From Schaalia meyeri (GTDB lineage Bacteria; Actinomycetota; Actinomycetes; Actinomycetales; Actinomycetaceae): DNA of 32,000 bases. Shown piece after piece: positions 1 to 9,229 of the stretch. The notes below the pieces were generated by a model. The model saw nothing but the letters and a program-made list of their open reading frames with translations. It had not been told where the DNA came from and did no database searches. The DNA lies in contig NZ_FNLK01000005.1 in NCBI RefSeq assembly GCF_900105015.1, positions 30,001 to 62,000 of the forward strand, read 5' to 3'. The first letter of the stretch is position 1. Each line of letters opens with the position of its first letter. The translations under genes were made by a program, and so were the position numbers.

Positions 1-884
1 TGGCGCAGCGGCTCAAAGACCTCGGGGGCCAGCATGATAACCGCCAGCCCGTGAAACAGCGCGATGTTGCCGTACACCAGGCGCGTGCCGACCTCAACGG
101 CGACCAGCGCCACCGAGAGGGTTGTGAGGAACTCGAGGACGCCCCCCGAGAGGAAGGCGACGCGCAGCGTCGACATCGTCGCCTTCGTGTTTGCTGTGCC
201 AAGTGCGCGCAGGTGAGTGCGCGGGGCCTTCTCGCGTCCGAGCGCGCGCAGCGTCGGAAGCCCCAACATGAGGTCCAAGAGCTGGGCGGTCAGCCGTTTC
301 ATGGTCGCCAGCTTGTCTTCGGAAGCGGCCTGCGTGAAACGCCCGATAAGGATCATGAAGATCGGGATCAGGGGGATGACGAGCAACGCGATGAGCGCCG
401 ACCAGAAGTCGAGCAGGAGGATAACACCCAAGGCCGCCGGCGTCACCGTGCAAACGAGTACCAGCTGGGGGAGGAATGCGATGAAGTAGGGACGCAGATC
501 CTCGAGGCCGCTCGTCAGCAGCGTCGTCGTCTGCGCTCCGTTGATCGCTCGCCAACGCGGTCCCAACGCGATGCTGGAGTCAATCACGCGCTCGCGCAGC
601 TCCGATACAGCGGCGGCGGCAGCGCGCGTGCTCACGGCCTCGCGTGCGGCCACCACCAGGGTGCGGCAGGCAACGATGGCCGCGATGCCGCCAATGATAG
701 GGAGGACCTCCGACAGTGTTTTGCTGCCCGATACGACGGGGGACAGGGCGGAGGAAATCAGCAGAGCCTGGGCGAGTACCAACAGCGCAGTCGCCGTCCC
801 CAGGGCGACCGTCACAGCAATGGGCACGCGAGCCGAACGGGCGTAGCGCAACAGGCGAGGATCAAATGGACGCACGGATACCAT
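1..884 (-). CDS. cydD: Thiol-reductant ABC exporter subunit CydD, N-terminal transmembrane part; the 3' end runs off the left edge of the window
   Basis: Not in the ORF track because there is no stop in the window. My manual minus-strand translation from ATG at 884 gives MVSVRPFDPRLLRYARSARVPIAVTVALGTATALLVLAQALLISSALSPVV...LIPIFMILIGRFTQAASEDKLATMKRLTAQLLDLMLGLPTLRALGREKAP..., open to position 1. This looks like an ABC-exporter transmembrane domain with the FDPRLLRYA-type CydD N-terminus. It sits directly downstream of cydAB, as in actinobacterial cydABDC operons. Confidence 0.8.
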   Translation of the reverse strand, partial: MVSVRPFDPRLLRYARSARVPIAVTVALGTATALLVLAQALLISSALSPVVSGSKTLSEVLPIIGGIAAIVACRTLVVAAREAVSTRAAAAAVSELRERVIDSSIALGPRWRAINGAQTTTLLTSGLEDLRPYFIAFLPQLVLVCTVTPAALGVILLLDFWSALIALLVIPLIPIFMILIGRFTQAASEDKLATMKRLTAQLLDLMLGLPTLRALGREKAPRTHLRALGTANTKATMSTLRVAFLSGGVLEFLTTLSVALVAVEVGTRLVYGNIALFHGLAVIMLAPEVFEPLR

Positions 885-945
885 TGTGCCTTAAAAACGC
901 TTCGTCATGGGTCTAAGGTCCTCGGCCTCGTCTCCACCGGATACG

Positions 946-982
946 GCATCGCCCGGCCCCCTGATGTGGGACCGGGCGATGC
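946..982 (-). promoter_or_regulatory. Intercistronic stem-loop between cydB and cydD (11-bp perfect stem, 15-nt loop)
   Basis: GCATCGCCCGG (946-956) is the exact reverse complement of CCGGGCGATGC (972-982). It lies in the 108-nt cydB-cydD spacer. No U-tract follows on the minus strand, so it is more likely an attenuator, processing or stability element than a full terminator. Confidence 0.4.
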
Positions 983-992
983 GGAGCGGGGG

Positions 993-2114
993 TTAGCCCG
1001 CCAGGAAGCTTTCTCCCACGCGGATCTTCTTCATCAGCAGACCCGTCTTGATCGACACATCCTCCGATCCGACGCGAGCACTGAAAACCCAGTACGACCA
1101 CAACACGTAGGCCAGGACGACCGGGACCAGGCACGCGGCGACGATCGTCATGACACCGAGAGTTGCGCTCGTTGACGAGGCCTGATCAATCGTCAGAGAA
1201 TACGCCGGGTTGATCGACGACTTTTGAACGGCGGGCGCCATCGAAGCGAAAACCCACGCAACCGCCCCCGCGATCGCCACCGACGAGGCCGTGAACGACC
1301 AGCCCTCACGGCGCAACGACGCCTGGGAGAGCGCGGCCGAGGCGATAATCGCGAGCGCGGCCACCACGAGCGGGATCCAGGCCAGGACATTCGTCGTGTA
1401 GGCGAACTGACCCCACACCAGCCACGCGGCGGCCAGCACGGTGGCGCCGATCGAGGCGGGCGCGGCGATAGCGTTCGCGCGCTCGCGCACCTCGCCCGTC
1501 GTCTTGAGCGCCAGGAACTGCGCGCCGTGAGCCAGGCTGATGGCGAGCACCGCCAGGCCGCCCAGGATCGTGTACGGGGTTAAGAGGGAGAAAAAACCAC
1601 CCGTCAATTGGTGCGTCGCCGTCGCCAGCGATTGATTGACCAGCGTCGGATCCACGATGGTGCCCGTTGCCACGTCAACGACCTCGATGCGCATACCCTG
1701 CACGAAGTTCGCAAAGGCAACGCCCAGCAGCAGTGGAACGAGCCACGCGCTGACCGTGTGGGCCCAATCCCAGGCGTGGCGCCACCTCTTCGTGGCGATT
1801 TTCGAGCGCCATTCGAGCGCCATGACGCGCACGATGAGGCACGCCAGGATGAGGAACAGCGGAATGTACATGCCGGAGAACATCGTCGCGTACCACTCCG
1901 GGAATGCGGCGAAGGTCGCGCCGCCAGCGGTGAGCAGCCACACCTCGTTCCCGTCCCAGTGAGGACCGATCGTGCGCACCGTTAGGGTGCGCTCGCGGTC
2001 GCCCTTGGCGACGAACGGGAGCAGCATTCCGACACCGAAGTCGAAGCCCTCGAGAATCAGGTAAACCGTCCATAACACGGCGACGAGGATGAACCACAGG
2101 ATTGACAGACTCAT
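993..2114 (-). CDS. cydB: Cytochrome bd ubiquinol/menaquinol oxidase subunit II
   Basis: Track ORF 993..2204. The internal start MSLSILWFILVAVLWTVYLILEGFDFGVGMLLPF matches the canonical CydB N-terminus. ATG at 2114 is preceded by GGGAGGAG (reverse complement of 2121-2128) and lies 17 nt after the cydA stop. The longer track ORF would overlap cydA by 74 nt. Confidence 0.92.
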   Translation of the reverse strand: MSLSILWFILVAVLWTVYLILEGFDFGVGMLLPFVAKGDRERTLTVRTIGPHWDGNEVWLLTAGGATFAAFPEWYATMFSGMYIPLFLILACLIVRVMALEWRSKIATKRWRHAWDWAHTVSAWLVPLLLGVAFANFVQGMRIEVVDVATGTIVDPTLVNQSLATATHQLTGGFFSLLTPYTILGGLAVLAISLAHGAQFLALKTTGEVRERANAIAAPASIGATVLAAAWLVWGQFAYTTNVLAWIPLVVAALAIIASAALSQASLRREGWSFTASSVAIAGAVAWVFASMAPAVQKSSINPAYSLTIDQASSTSATLGVMTIVAACLVPVVLAYVLWSYWVFSARVGSEDVSIKTGLLMKKIRVGESFLAG

Positions 2115-2130
2115 GATGTATGCTCCTCCC

Positions 2131-3678
2131 TCAGTACCCGAAGGATAGCTCGGCGGGCGCCTCGTCGACAGCCCTGTCGGTCTTGGAAGAGTGAATTCCC
2201 TCAACGGCGTAGCGCTTCATGAGAACGTACCACATGATGCCGAACACGCCGTACAGGAGGGTAAAGAGGATGAGGGTCGCCAGTATCTGCCACGCCGGAA
2301 CGTTGGGGGAGATACCCGCGTCGGTCATCATGGCGACGGAGCCAAGGTCTGTACTCATAGAAAGCGCGTCCAGGTTGGGGGCGACGACCCACGGCTGGCG
2401 GCCTATCTCGGTGAAGATCCAGCCGAAGGAGGCGGCTACGAAAGGCAACGGTAGGTTGACCAGTGCGGCGACACCCAGCCACTTGTTGGTGGAGGTGCGC
2501 CCTGCTCGGGTGGCCCACAGTCCCCATGCCGCCAGCAGGAAAGCGACCATGCCCAGGCCGATCATGAGTCGGAAGGACCAGAAGGTCACCATCTGCGGGG
2601 GACGGAAGTCGTAGCGAGAGGCGTCGCCGTACTTTGCGGTGAAGTTCGGGTCTGCGTTCAGCAGGTCCGCCATGCGCGTCTGCGCGTTAGCCACGCCCTC
2701 GGATCGGGCCGTGAAGGAATTGTGCGCTAAGAAAGAGGCGAGGCCGGGGACTTTGAGGTACTGGGTCGGCTGGGCTCCATCGTCGCCGAGCGGGCAGGAA
2801 CCAAACTGGGCGACGGTGAAAGCTGCGCCGTCGGTATCGACGCAGACGCCTTCGGCCACGGCCATCTTCAGGGGCTGAGCCTTGACCACCTCCTGTCCCT
2901 GGAAGTGACCGGTGACGACGGTCCCGAGGCCGCTGATCAGGACGACAACCAGGCCGAAGCGAGCAATCGGGCGCCACACGCTGCGGGACTGCGCCGCGGC
3001 TTCTTCGCTGCCCTCACGGGAGGTGCGCACCATCCACCACAGGGCGATGCCAGCCACGAAAGACCCGGCGACGAGCCACGCGGAGGTGATGACGTGAGCG
3101 TATTCGCTCAGGTACACCCCGGAGGTGATGAGCTTGAGGAAGCCGCTCATGCCATCGAGCTCGGCTCGACCGGTGGTGGGGTTGAAGCGTGCGCCGACGG
3201 GGTGCTGCATCCACGCGTTGGCCGCGAGAATCCAGGCTGCCGACAGCATGGTGCCGATCGCGACGCACCAGATTGTTGCCAGGTGCATGCCCTTGGAAAG
3301 GCGTCCCCACCCAAAGATCCACAGGCCCAGGAAAGTGGACTCGAGGAAGAATGCGAGGAGGGCCTCAACGGCTAGCGGGGCGCCGAAAATGTCTCCGACA
3401 AAGCGGGAGTACTCGGACCAGTTCATGCCGAACTGAAACTCCTGGACGATGCCGGTGGCGACGCCGAGCGCAAAGTTAATCAGGAGGAGCTTGCCAAAAA
3501 AGCGGGTTGCTTGAAGCCAGTGTTCCTTGCCGGTGCGGTGCCACGCGGTCTGCATGATGGCAACCAGCAGGGACAGGCCGATCGTCAGCGGCACGAGGAT
3601 GAAGTGGTAGACGGTTGTGATACCGAACTGCCATCGTCCGACCGTGACCGCGTCGAGCGCTGCGTGCGCGAGGGTCAT
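2131..3678 (-). CDS. cydA: Cytochrome bd oxidase subunit I
   Basis: Track ORF 2131..3720. It contains GRWQFGITTVYHFILVPLTIGLS, an extended periplasmic loop in the position of the Q-loop, and a polytopic membrane profile typical of CydA. I prefer the start at Met15 (MTLAHAALDAVTVGRWQF, ATG at 3678) by comparison with the E. coli CydA N-terminus spacing. 3720 remains possible. Confidence 0.92.
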   Translation of the reverse strand: MTLAHAALDAVTVGRWQFGITTVYHFILVPLTIGLSLLVAIMQTAWHRTGKEHWLQATRFFGKLLLINFALGVATGIVQEFQFGMNWSEYSRFVGDIFGAPLAVEALLAFFLESTFLGLWIFGWGRLSKGMHLATIWCVAIGTMLSAAWILAANAWMQHPVGARFNPTTGRAELDGMSGFLKLITSGVYLSEYAHVITSAWLVAGSFVAGIALWWMVRTSREGSEEAAAQSRSVWRPIARFGLVVVLISGLGTVVTGHFQGQEVVKAQPLKMAVAEGVCVDTDGAAFTVAQFGSCPLGDDGAQPTQYLKVPGLASFLAHNSFTARSEGVANAQTRMADLLNADPNFTAKYGDASRYDFRPPQMVTFWSFRLMIGLGMVAFLLAAWGLWATRAGRTSTNKWLGVAALVNLPLPFVAASFGWIFTEIGRQPWVVAPNLDALSMSTDLGSVAMMTDAGISPNVPAWQILATLILFTLLYGVFGIMWYVLMKRYAVEGIHSSKTDRAVDEAPAELSFGY

Positions 3679-3737
3679 GATGAGCCCTTCTCGTGTGGGG
3701 TAAGGATCGATTGGTTCCAAGACCTAGGTCCCGTAGG

Positions 3738-3827
3738 ACTTATGTCACGGATCATTACTAATGTAACTCAAGTCTGCGAGCGAGATTGATTGAAATGCCG
3801 GTTGAGTAATCGTTTTGTGACATAAGT
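3738..3827. promoter_or_regulatory. Pair of 11-bp inverted sites in the cydA/rne divergent intergenic region (candidate operator pair or promoter-region hairpin)
   Basis: ACTTATGTCAC (3738-3748) and GTGACATAAGT (3817-3827) are exact reverse complements 68 nt apart. They lie in an AT-richer stretch 60-150 nt upstream of the cydA start. Confidence 0.3.
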
Positions 3828-4089
3828 GTCCGATTGTTTTCATGGTTTTTCCGTGCGAATGGAGTGATATGACGTTGATCTGGTCACCCAATCAACGGTG
3901 CTGGCTCGTGTTGTGCGACAATGAGGAGGAATGGATGTCGCGGGCGTGCCCCCGTGGCGAGAGTCGGGCGATGACGTTTTCAACTGCCGCCGACCACTGC
4001 GCATTTGCGCTCCACTAGGTTTCCGCCCCTCGCGGGCGATGATGACGGGTGCGTCCGGGCACGTGGCTCGCGCCCACCATTGGAGAATC

Positions 4090-6804
4090 GTGACAACCGA
4101 ATCCGCCAATCCCGTGGCACCCGCCGCATCACTGCTGTTCCAGGCACCTGTTTTCCAGGCTGTCCCCGAGGTGTCGACGTCCGCGGCTGCCGAAGAAATC
4201 GAGCCAAAGCGCCGCCGTCACTCTTCCGCTTCCGCGGAAGCGAACGCCCCGCGCGAGGAGACCGCCCCGAAGCGCCGCCGCCGCTCGAAGAAGTCCGCTG
4301 ACGACGCCGACTCTCCCGATTCCGCCGCACCCTCTTCGGCTGACGCAGGGGGCGACGAGGCCACGGAGCAAAAGAGTCGCCGTCGGCGCCGTTCAAAAAA
4401 GGCGGACGAGGCCTCGGCCCCCGCTGCGGACAGTTCCGACCAATCGGATACCTCGTCATCTGGCAGTGACTCCTCGGACGGGGAAGAGAGCTCGACCCGT
4501 CGCCGCCGCCGTCGCGCCCGTTCCTCTGCGGCCTCCGCGTCCGCAGATGAGGGGGCGGCCGCGGATCAGGTGCAGGCGCTGAAGGGGTCGACTCGGCTCG
4601 AAGCCAAGAAGATGCGTCGCCGCGAAGGCCGCCGCGAAGGCCGCCGCCGTCACTCGATCTCCGAGTCCGAGTTCCTGGCGCGCCGCGAGTCCGTCGAACG
4701 CACCATGGTCATCCGCGATCAAGATGGGCTGGACCAGATCGCGATTCTCGAGGACGGCCTACTCGTCGAGCACTACGTCGCTCGCCGCACCCAGTCATCC
4801 ATGGTCGGCAACATCTACCTGGGCCGCGTTCAAAACGTTCTGCCGTCCATGGAGGCCGCGTTCGTGGATGTGGGCCGTGGCCGCAATGCCGTGTTGTACG
4901 CCGGTGAGGTAAACTGGGACGCCGTCGGCATGGAGGGCAAGCCGCGACGTATTGAGTCTGCGCTCAAGTCTGGCGACCCGGTGCTCGTTCAGGTGACGAA
5001 GGATCCGATTGGGCATAAGGGCGCCCGCCTAACGTCGCAGATCACCCTGGCCGGTCGATACCTGGTCCTTATCCCCGGCGGGTCCATGATGGGCATTTCG
5101 CGCAAGCTCCCGGACAAGGAACGCGCGCGCCTGAAGAAGATCCTGAAGGCCGTCGTTCCCAGCGGCTCCGGTGTCATCGTGCGTACCGCCGCCGAGGGGG
5201 CCACGGAGGGACAGATCCGTGACGATGTTGCCCGGTTGACGCGCCAGTGGGAAGAGATCGACAAGAAGCGCTCGGCGACCAAGGCGGCCCCGGTCCTGCT
5301 GCGCGGCGAGCCCGAGCTGGCCGTCCGCGTCGTGCGCGACATCTTCAACGAGGACTTCACCAAGCTGGTCATTGAGGGGCGCGACACGTACGCGACCGTC
5401 AAGGACTACGTGGACGAGCTCAGCCCAGAATTGTCCGACCGTGTCGAACAGTGGGTGGGCACTCACGACGTATTCCGAGCCCACCGCATCGACGAGCAGC
5501 TGGCCAAAGGCATGGATCGCAAGGTGTGGCTGCCCTCGGGCGGCACTCTCATCATCGACCGTACCGAGGCAATGACCGTCATTGACGTCAATACGGGCAA
5601 GTTCATCGGCGCCGGTGGCACGCTCGAGGAGACGGTGACGCGTAACAACCTCGAGGCTGCCGAAGAGATCGTGCGACAGCTGCGCCTACGTGACATCGGC
5701 GGCATCGTCATCATCGACTTCGTCGACATGGTGCTCGAATCAAACCGTGACCTCGTGCTGCGGCGCCTGGTGGAGTGCTTGGGGCGTGATCGTACGCGGC
5801 ACCAGGTCACTGAGATCACCTCGCTTGGCCTGGTACAGATGACCCGCAAGCGTGTCGGCGAGGGGCTGGTTGAAGCCTTTTCCTCTCCCTGTGAAGCCTG
5901 CGAAGGGCGCGGCTTCATCGTTCACCGCCACCCGGTGGAGACGACCGGCGGTGAGTCTTCATCGAAGGCCTCCAAGTCCTCGAAGAAGCAGCAGAAGAAG
6001 GCCGAGCCGCGCCGCGTGGACGATAGCGTCGAGCACGAGCGGGCGAAGGAGGCGCTGAGCGCCATCGCCGCAGCATCCTCACGCAAGGAAGAGGGGGCCT
6101 CGGACGCAGAGAGCACCCCCACGAAGAAGCGTCGCCCGAAGGGGAGCGCAGCGAAGACTCAGGAATCCGCGGCCGCCCCCGCAAAGGAGCCCTCGACCAC
6201 GCCTCGGGGTGCCACTGAGACCCCCGCTGCGGCGACCGACGAGGAAGCGTCAACCAAGCGTCCCCGCCGCCGTCGCCGCGCCGCAGAGACGACGCCCGTG
6301 CCCGAGCTGCCCGTGCACATTGAGCTGCCCAATCCGGTTGAGCACGCGGGCGACCCGGCGGTTCCGACGAAGGACACGGCTGACATTCGACTGCCCGATC
6401 ACCAGGAGAAAGCGGCCACGACCCGTCGTCGCGTCGCACGCAAGGCTGTCGCGGCCTCAAGCGCAGAACCGGCGTCGGCATCCGCACCTCAAGCGTCGCG
6501 TGCCCGCGTGGCGGACGCCGAGCCTAACATCCCCGAGGACGGTGCCAAGGCCGGTGCTTTTGCCACCCCCGATGTGCAGCCACGCCGCACCCACAAGCGT
6601 CGCGCCGCCGTGTCCACGGGCGTTGTCGAGCCCGAGGCCTCTCCCGCCCCGGTCGTCGTCGACCTGCCCGCGCGCGCCGAGGAGAGTGCCCCGGTGACGC
6701 CGACCAGGTCGACGGAGGATATTACCCTGCCCGAGGCCAGCGGCCAGCCGCGCACCAAGCGTCGTCGGCGCGCCGTCTCCACCGGGATCGTGGACGCCGG
6801 ATAG
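4090..6804 (+). CDS. rne: Ribonuclease E/G family endoribonuclease (actinobacterial RNase E with Arg/Ser/Pro-rich flanking regions)
   Basis: Track ORF 3931..6804. The central catalytic core has an S1-like segment (MVGNIYLGRVQNVLPSMEAAFVDVGRGRNAVLY) and the metal-binding segment (IIDRTEAMTVIDVNTGKF). It is flanked by low-complexity RRRR/SS/AP-rich tails. The start is uncertain: GTG 4090 (VTTESANPVAP..., preceded by GGAGA at 4082-4086), ATG 4039 and ATG 3931 are all in frame. The first ~50 residues of the track ORF look non-protein-like. Confidence 0.85.
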   Translation: MTTESANPVAPAASLLFQAPVFQAVPEVSTSAAAEEIEPKRRRHSSASAEANAPREETAPKRRRRSKKSADDADSPDSAAPSSADAGGDEATEQKSRRRRRSKKADEASAPAADSSDQSDTSSSGSDSSDGEESSTRRRRRRARSSAASASADEGAAADQVQALKGSTRLEAKKMRRREGRREGRRRHSISESEFLARRESVERTMVIRDQDGLDQIAILEDGLLVEHYVARRTQSSMVGNIYLGRVQNVLPSMEAAFVDVGRGRNAVLYAGEVNWDAVGMEGKPRRIESALKSGDPVLVQVTKDPIGHKGARLTSQITLAGRYLVLIPGGSMMGISRKLPDKERARLKKILKAVVPSGSGVIVRTAAEGATEGQIRDDVARLTRQWEEIDKKRSATKAAPVLLRGEPELAVRVVRDIFNEDFTKLVIEGRDTYATVKDYVDELSPELSDRVEQWVGTHDVFRAHRIDEQLAKGMDRKVWLPSGGTLIIDRTEAMTVIDVNTGKFIGAGGTLEETVTRNNLEAAEEIVRQLRLRDIGGIVIIDFVDMVLESNRDLVLRRLVECLGRDRTRHQVTEITSLGLVQMTRKRVGEGLVEAFSSPCEACEGRGFIVHRHPVETTGGESSSKASKSSKKQQKKAEPRRVDDSVEHERAKEALSAIAAASSRKEEGASDAESTPTKKRRPKGSAAKTQESAAAPAKEPSTTPRGATETPAAATDEEASTKRPRRRRRAAETTPVPELPVHIELPNPVEHAGDPAVPTKDTADIRLPDHQEKAATTRRRVARKAVAASSAEPASASAPQASRARVADAEPNIPEDGAKAGAFATPDVQPRRTHKRRAAVSTGVVEPEASPAPVVVDLPARAEESAPVTPTRSTEDITLPEASGQPRTKRRRRAVSTGIVDAG

Positions 6805-7022
6805 CGCGCAATGTGCGGGGCGGGGCCGATGCGCCCTCCCTCACACATAGGGTGTGGAATCGCACAGCCATTCATTCCATCCGCCGCCCGCGCCGGGTTG
6901 CAATCGGCAGTGTGAATCGGCTAAATTTGATCGTCGGCGCAACAAGCGCCAACGGGATCGTCGAAACTATGATAGTCCTCGGCAGTTTCGAGGCGGGATC
7001 CCGGTTACGAATACGAGAAGAG

Positions 7023-7343
7023 ATGAGCTTCAACGTGGTCTACGCGATCGTCAAGGCTGGCGGCCGGCAGGAAAAGGTGTCCGTCGGTGACGTCGTCGTC
7101 GTCGACAAGCTGGCGGAGGAAATCGGTTCGAGCATCAAGCTCCAGCCGCTCATGCTGGTGGATGGCGATGCCATCACCGTTGACGCAGCCAAGCTGGGCA
7201 AGATTTCCGTCAAGGCCGAGGTCGTTGACTCGGCCAAAGGCCCCAAGATTTCCATCATTAAGTACAAGAACAAGTCGGGCTACCGTAAGCGTCAGGGACA
7301 CCGTCAGAAGATGTCGGTCGTCAAGATCACCGAGATCGCCTGA
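7023..7343 (+). CDS. rplU: 50S ribosomal protein L21
   Basis: The track ORF 6813..7343 is over-extended. The real protein starts at MSFNVVYAIVKAGGRQEKVSVGD (ATG 7023), or at GTG 7036 giving the canonical MVYAIVKAGGRQ. The C-terminal KYKNKSGYRKRQGHRQ is typical of L21. Confidence 0.92.
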   Translation: MSFNVVYAIVKAGGRQEKVSVGDVVVVDKLAEEIGSSIKLQPLMLVDGDAITVDAAKLGKISVKAEVVDSAKGPKISIIKYKNKSGYRKRQGHRQKMSVVKITEIA

Positions 7344-7376
7344 GTCCGACGTTCCCACGAGCAGAAAGTAGCACTG

Positions 7377-7634
7377 ATGGCACACAAGAAGGGCCTTGGT
7401 TCCTCCCGTAACGGTCGTGATTCGAACGCGCAGCGCCTCGGCGTGAAGCGCTACGGCGGCCAGCTGGTTAACGCTGGTGAGATCCTTGTTCGTCAGCGTG
7501 GCACCCACTTCCACCCCGGCGACGGCGTTGGCCGCGGCAAGGACGATACCCTGTTCGCCCTGCGCGCCGGAGCGGTTGAGTTCGGCCGCAAGCGTGACCG
7601 CAAGGTTGTCAGCGTTTCGCCGGTCTCTGCCTGA
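7377..7634 (+). CDS. rpmA: 50S ribosomal protein L27
   Basis: [29 protein letters not shown]...[21 protein letters not shown] is a textbook L27 sequence. It lies immediately downstream of rplU. Confidence 0.97.
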   Translation: MAHKKGLGSSRNGRDSNAQRLGVKRYGGQLVNAGEILVRQRGTHFHPGDGVGRGKDDTLFALRAGAVEFGRKRDRKVVSVSPVSA

Positions 7635-7647
7635 GACCGCGCGCACC

Positions 7648-7678
7648 AAGGGCGTCCGGCGTTGCCGGGCGCCCTTTT
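7648..7678 (+). terminator. Intrinsic terminator/attenuator between rpmA and obgE
   Basis: GGGCGTCCGG (7650-7659) pairs with CCGGGCGCCC (7665-7674) with one G-U pair and a 5-nt loop, followed by TTTT (7675-7678). It overlaps the 5' extension of track ORF 7662..9227, which argues against that start. Confidence 0.6.
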
Positions 7679-7709
7679 CAACATTTCACATTGGTTGTCA
7701 GGAGCAGCA

Positions 7710-9227
7710 GTGGCAGACTTCGTGGACCGCGTGACGCTGCACGCAGCGGGCGGCAACGGCGGCAACGGCGTAGCCTCGATTAAGCGTGAAAAGTTCAAGC
7801 CTCTGGCTGGACCCGACGGCGGCGACGGCGGCGACGGCGGTTCGGTCATCCTTGAGGTGAGTTCGCAGGAAACAACGCTGCTCACCTACCATCGCAGCCC
7901 CCATCGCCGTGCCGACAACGGGACGCCCGGCATGGGTGATTTTCGCCAGGGAAAGAAGGGCGGGGACATCGTGCTCCCGGTCCCCGACGGAACGGTTGTG
8001 AAGTCTACGTCGGGCGAGCTGTTGGCGGACCTGACGGGCGTCGGCGCTCGCTTCACCGTGGCCGAGGGCGGTCGAGGCGGCCTGGGAAACGCCGCTCTCG
8101 CGTCCAAGGCACGCAAGGCTCCCGGTTTCGCGCTGTTGGGCGAGCCGGGAGAGGAGCGGGACGTGGTCCTGGAGCTAAAGTCCGTCGCGGATGTCGCCCT
8201 GGTTGGTTTCCCATCGGCGGGCAAGTCTTCGTTGATTGCAGCCCTGAGTTCGGCGCGCCCGAAGATCGCAAACTATCCGTTCACGACCCTGGTTCCGAAT
8301 CTGGGCGTGGTGTCGGCCGGGGATGCTCGGTACACCGTCGCGGATGTACCCGGCCTGATTCCTGGGGCGTCGCAGGGGCGCGGACTGGGCTTGGACTTCC
8401 TGCGTCACATCGAGCGGTGTGCGGTACTCGTCCATGTCCTGGACGCGGCTGCCTGTGAGACGGAACGCGAACCCGTGGAGGACCTGCGCGTCATTGAAGC
8501 CGAGCTCAAGGCCTATCAGGGCGACCTGACGCAAGTCGAGGGATACGTTCCAATCATGGAGCGCCCTCGCGTGATCGTCCTGAACAAGATCGATATTCCA
8601 GACGGACGCGACCTGGCCGAGATCACGCGCCCTGACCTTGAGGCCTTTGGCTGGCCCGTCCTCGAAGTTTCGGCCGTCTCTCACGAGGGGTTGAAAGAGC
8701 TGTCCTTCGCCCTCGCGCGGATCGTCGAGGAAGAACGCGCAAAACGCCCGGCTTTGCCGGCTGCTCGTCCGGTCATCCGCCCCGCGGCCATTGGACACAG
8801 CGTCGGCATCACGGTTCGCCGGACCCGCAAAGACGGTGAGGCCGTGTTCCAGGTGCGCGGCGACAAGCCGGAGCGGTGGGTGCGGCAGACGGACTTTGCT
8901 AACGACGAGGCTGTGGGATACCTGGCGGATCGCCTGAACGCTGCGGGCGTCGAGGACGAGCTGATGAAAGCCGGCGCTCTCGCCGGCGATACCGTCGTGA
9001 TCGGCGATCTGGATGGGGGTGTCGTCTTTGATTGGGAGCCGACTCTCACCACGGGGCCCGAGCTGCTCGGGTCGCGCGGCACCGACCTGCGCCTAGACAC
9101 GACTTCCCGCCCGAGCCGCAAGGAGCGGCGCGAAGCCTACCACCAGGTCATGGACGCGAAGAGCGCGGCCCGCGACGAGCTGTGGACCGAGCGCCAGTCG
9201 GGGCACTGGACGGACGCCTCGGATTAG
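7710..9227 (+). CDS. obgE: GTPase Obg/CgtA
   Basis: The Gly-rich Obg fold is present ([48 protein letters not shown]), as are G1 [10 protein letters not shown]3 DVPGLI, NKID and a C-terminal Obg_CT-like domain. GTG at 7710 is preceded by AGGAG at 7700-7704. Confidence 0.92.
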   Translation: MADFVDRVTLHAAGGNGGNGVASIKREKFKPLAGPDGGDGGDGGSVILEVSSQETTLLTYHRSPHRRADNGTPGMGDFRQGKKGGDIVLPVPDGTVVKSTSGELLADLTGVGARFTVAEGGRGGLGNAALASKARKAPGFALLGEPGEERDVVLELKSVADVALVGFPSAGKSSLIAALSSARPKIANYPFTTLVPNLGVVSAGDARYTVADVPGLIPGASQGRGLGLDFLRHIERCAVLVHVLDAAACETEREPVEDLRVIEAELKAYQGDLTQVEGYVPIMERPRVIVLNKIDIPDGRDLAEITRPDLEAFGWPVLEVSAVSHEGLKELSFALARIVEEERAKRPALPAARPVIRPAAIGHSVGITVRRTRKDGEAVFQVRGDKPERWVRQTDFANDEAVGYLADRLNAAGVEDELMKAGALAGDTVVIGDLDGGVVFDWEPTLTTGPELLGSRGTDLRLDTTSRPSRKERREAYHQVMDAKSAARDELWTERQSGHWTDASD

Positions 9228-9229
9228 TC

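Noticed and set aside
51-1175. 374-aa plus-strand ORF covering the start of the window
   Set aside because: It is extremely Arg/Asp/Gln/Gly-rich with no recognisable domain. It lies antisense to a clean CydD-like reading frame (minus strand, 884 to 1) and to the cydB 3' end. This is a typical high-GC shadow ORF.
3931-4089. N-terminal 53 codons of the track's rne ORF. Similar 5' extensions occur in track ORFs for cydB (to 2204), cydA (to 3720), rplU (from 6813), obgE (from 7662), proB (from 9032), rsfS (from 12234), glpB (from 24475), TauE (to 28360), anSME (to 29559) and the CAP gene (from 14863).
   Set aside because: The extensions overlap upstream genes or terminators, lack protein-like composition, and precede internal starts that match canonical family N-termini and have better Shine-Dalgarno sequences.
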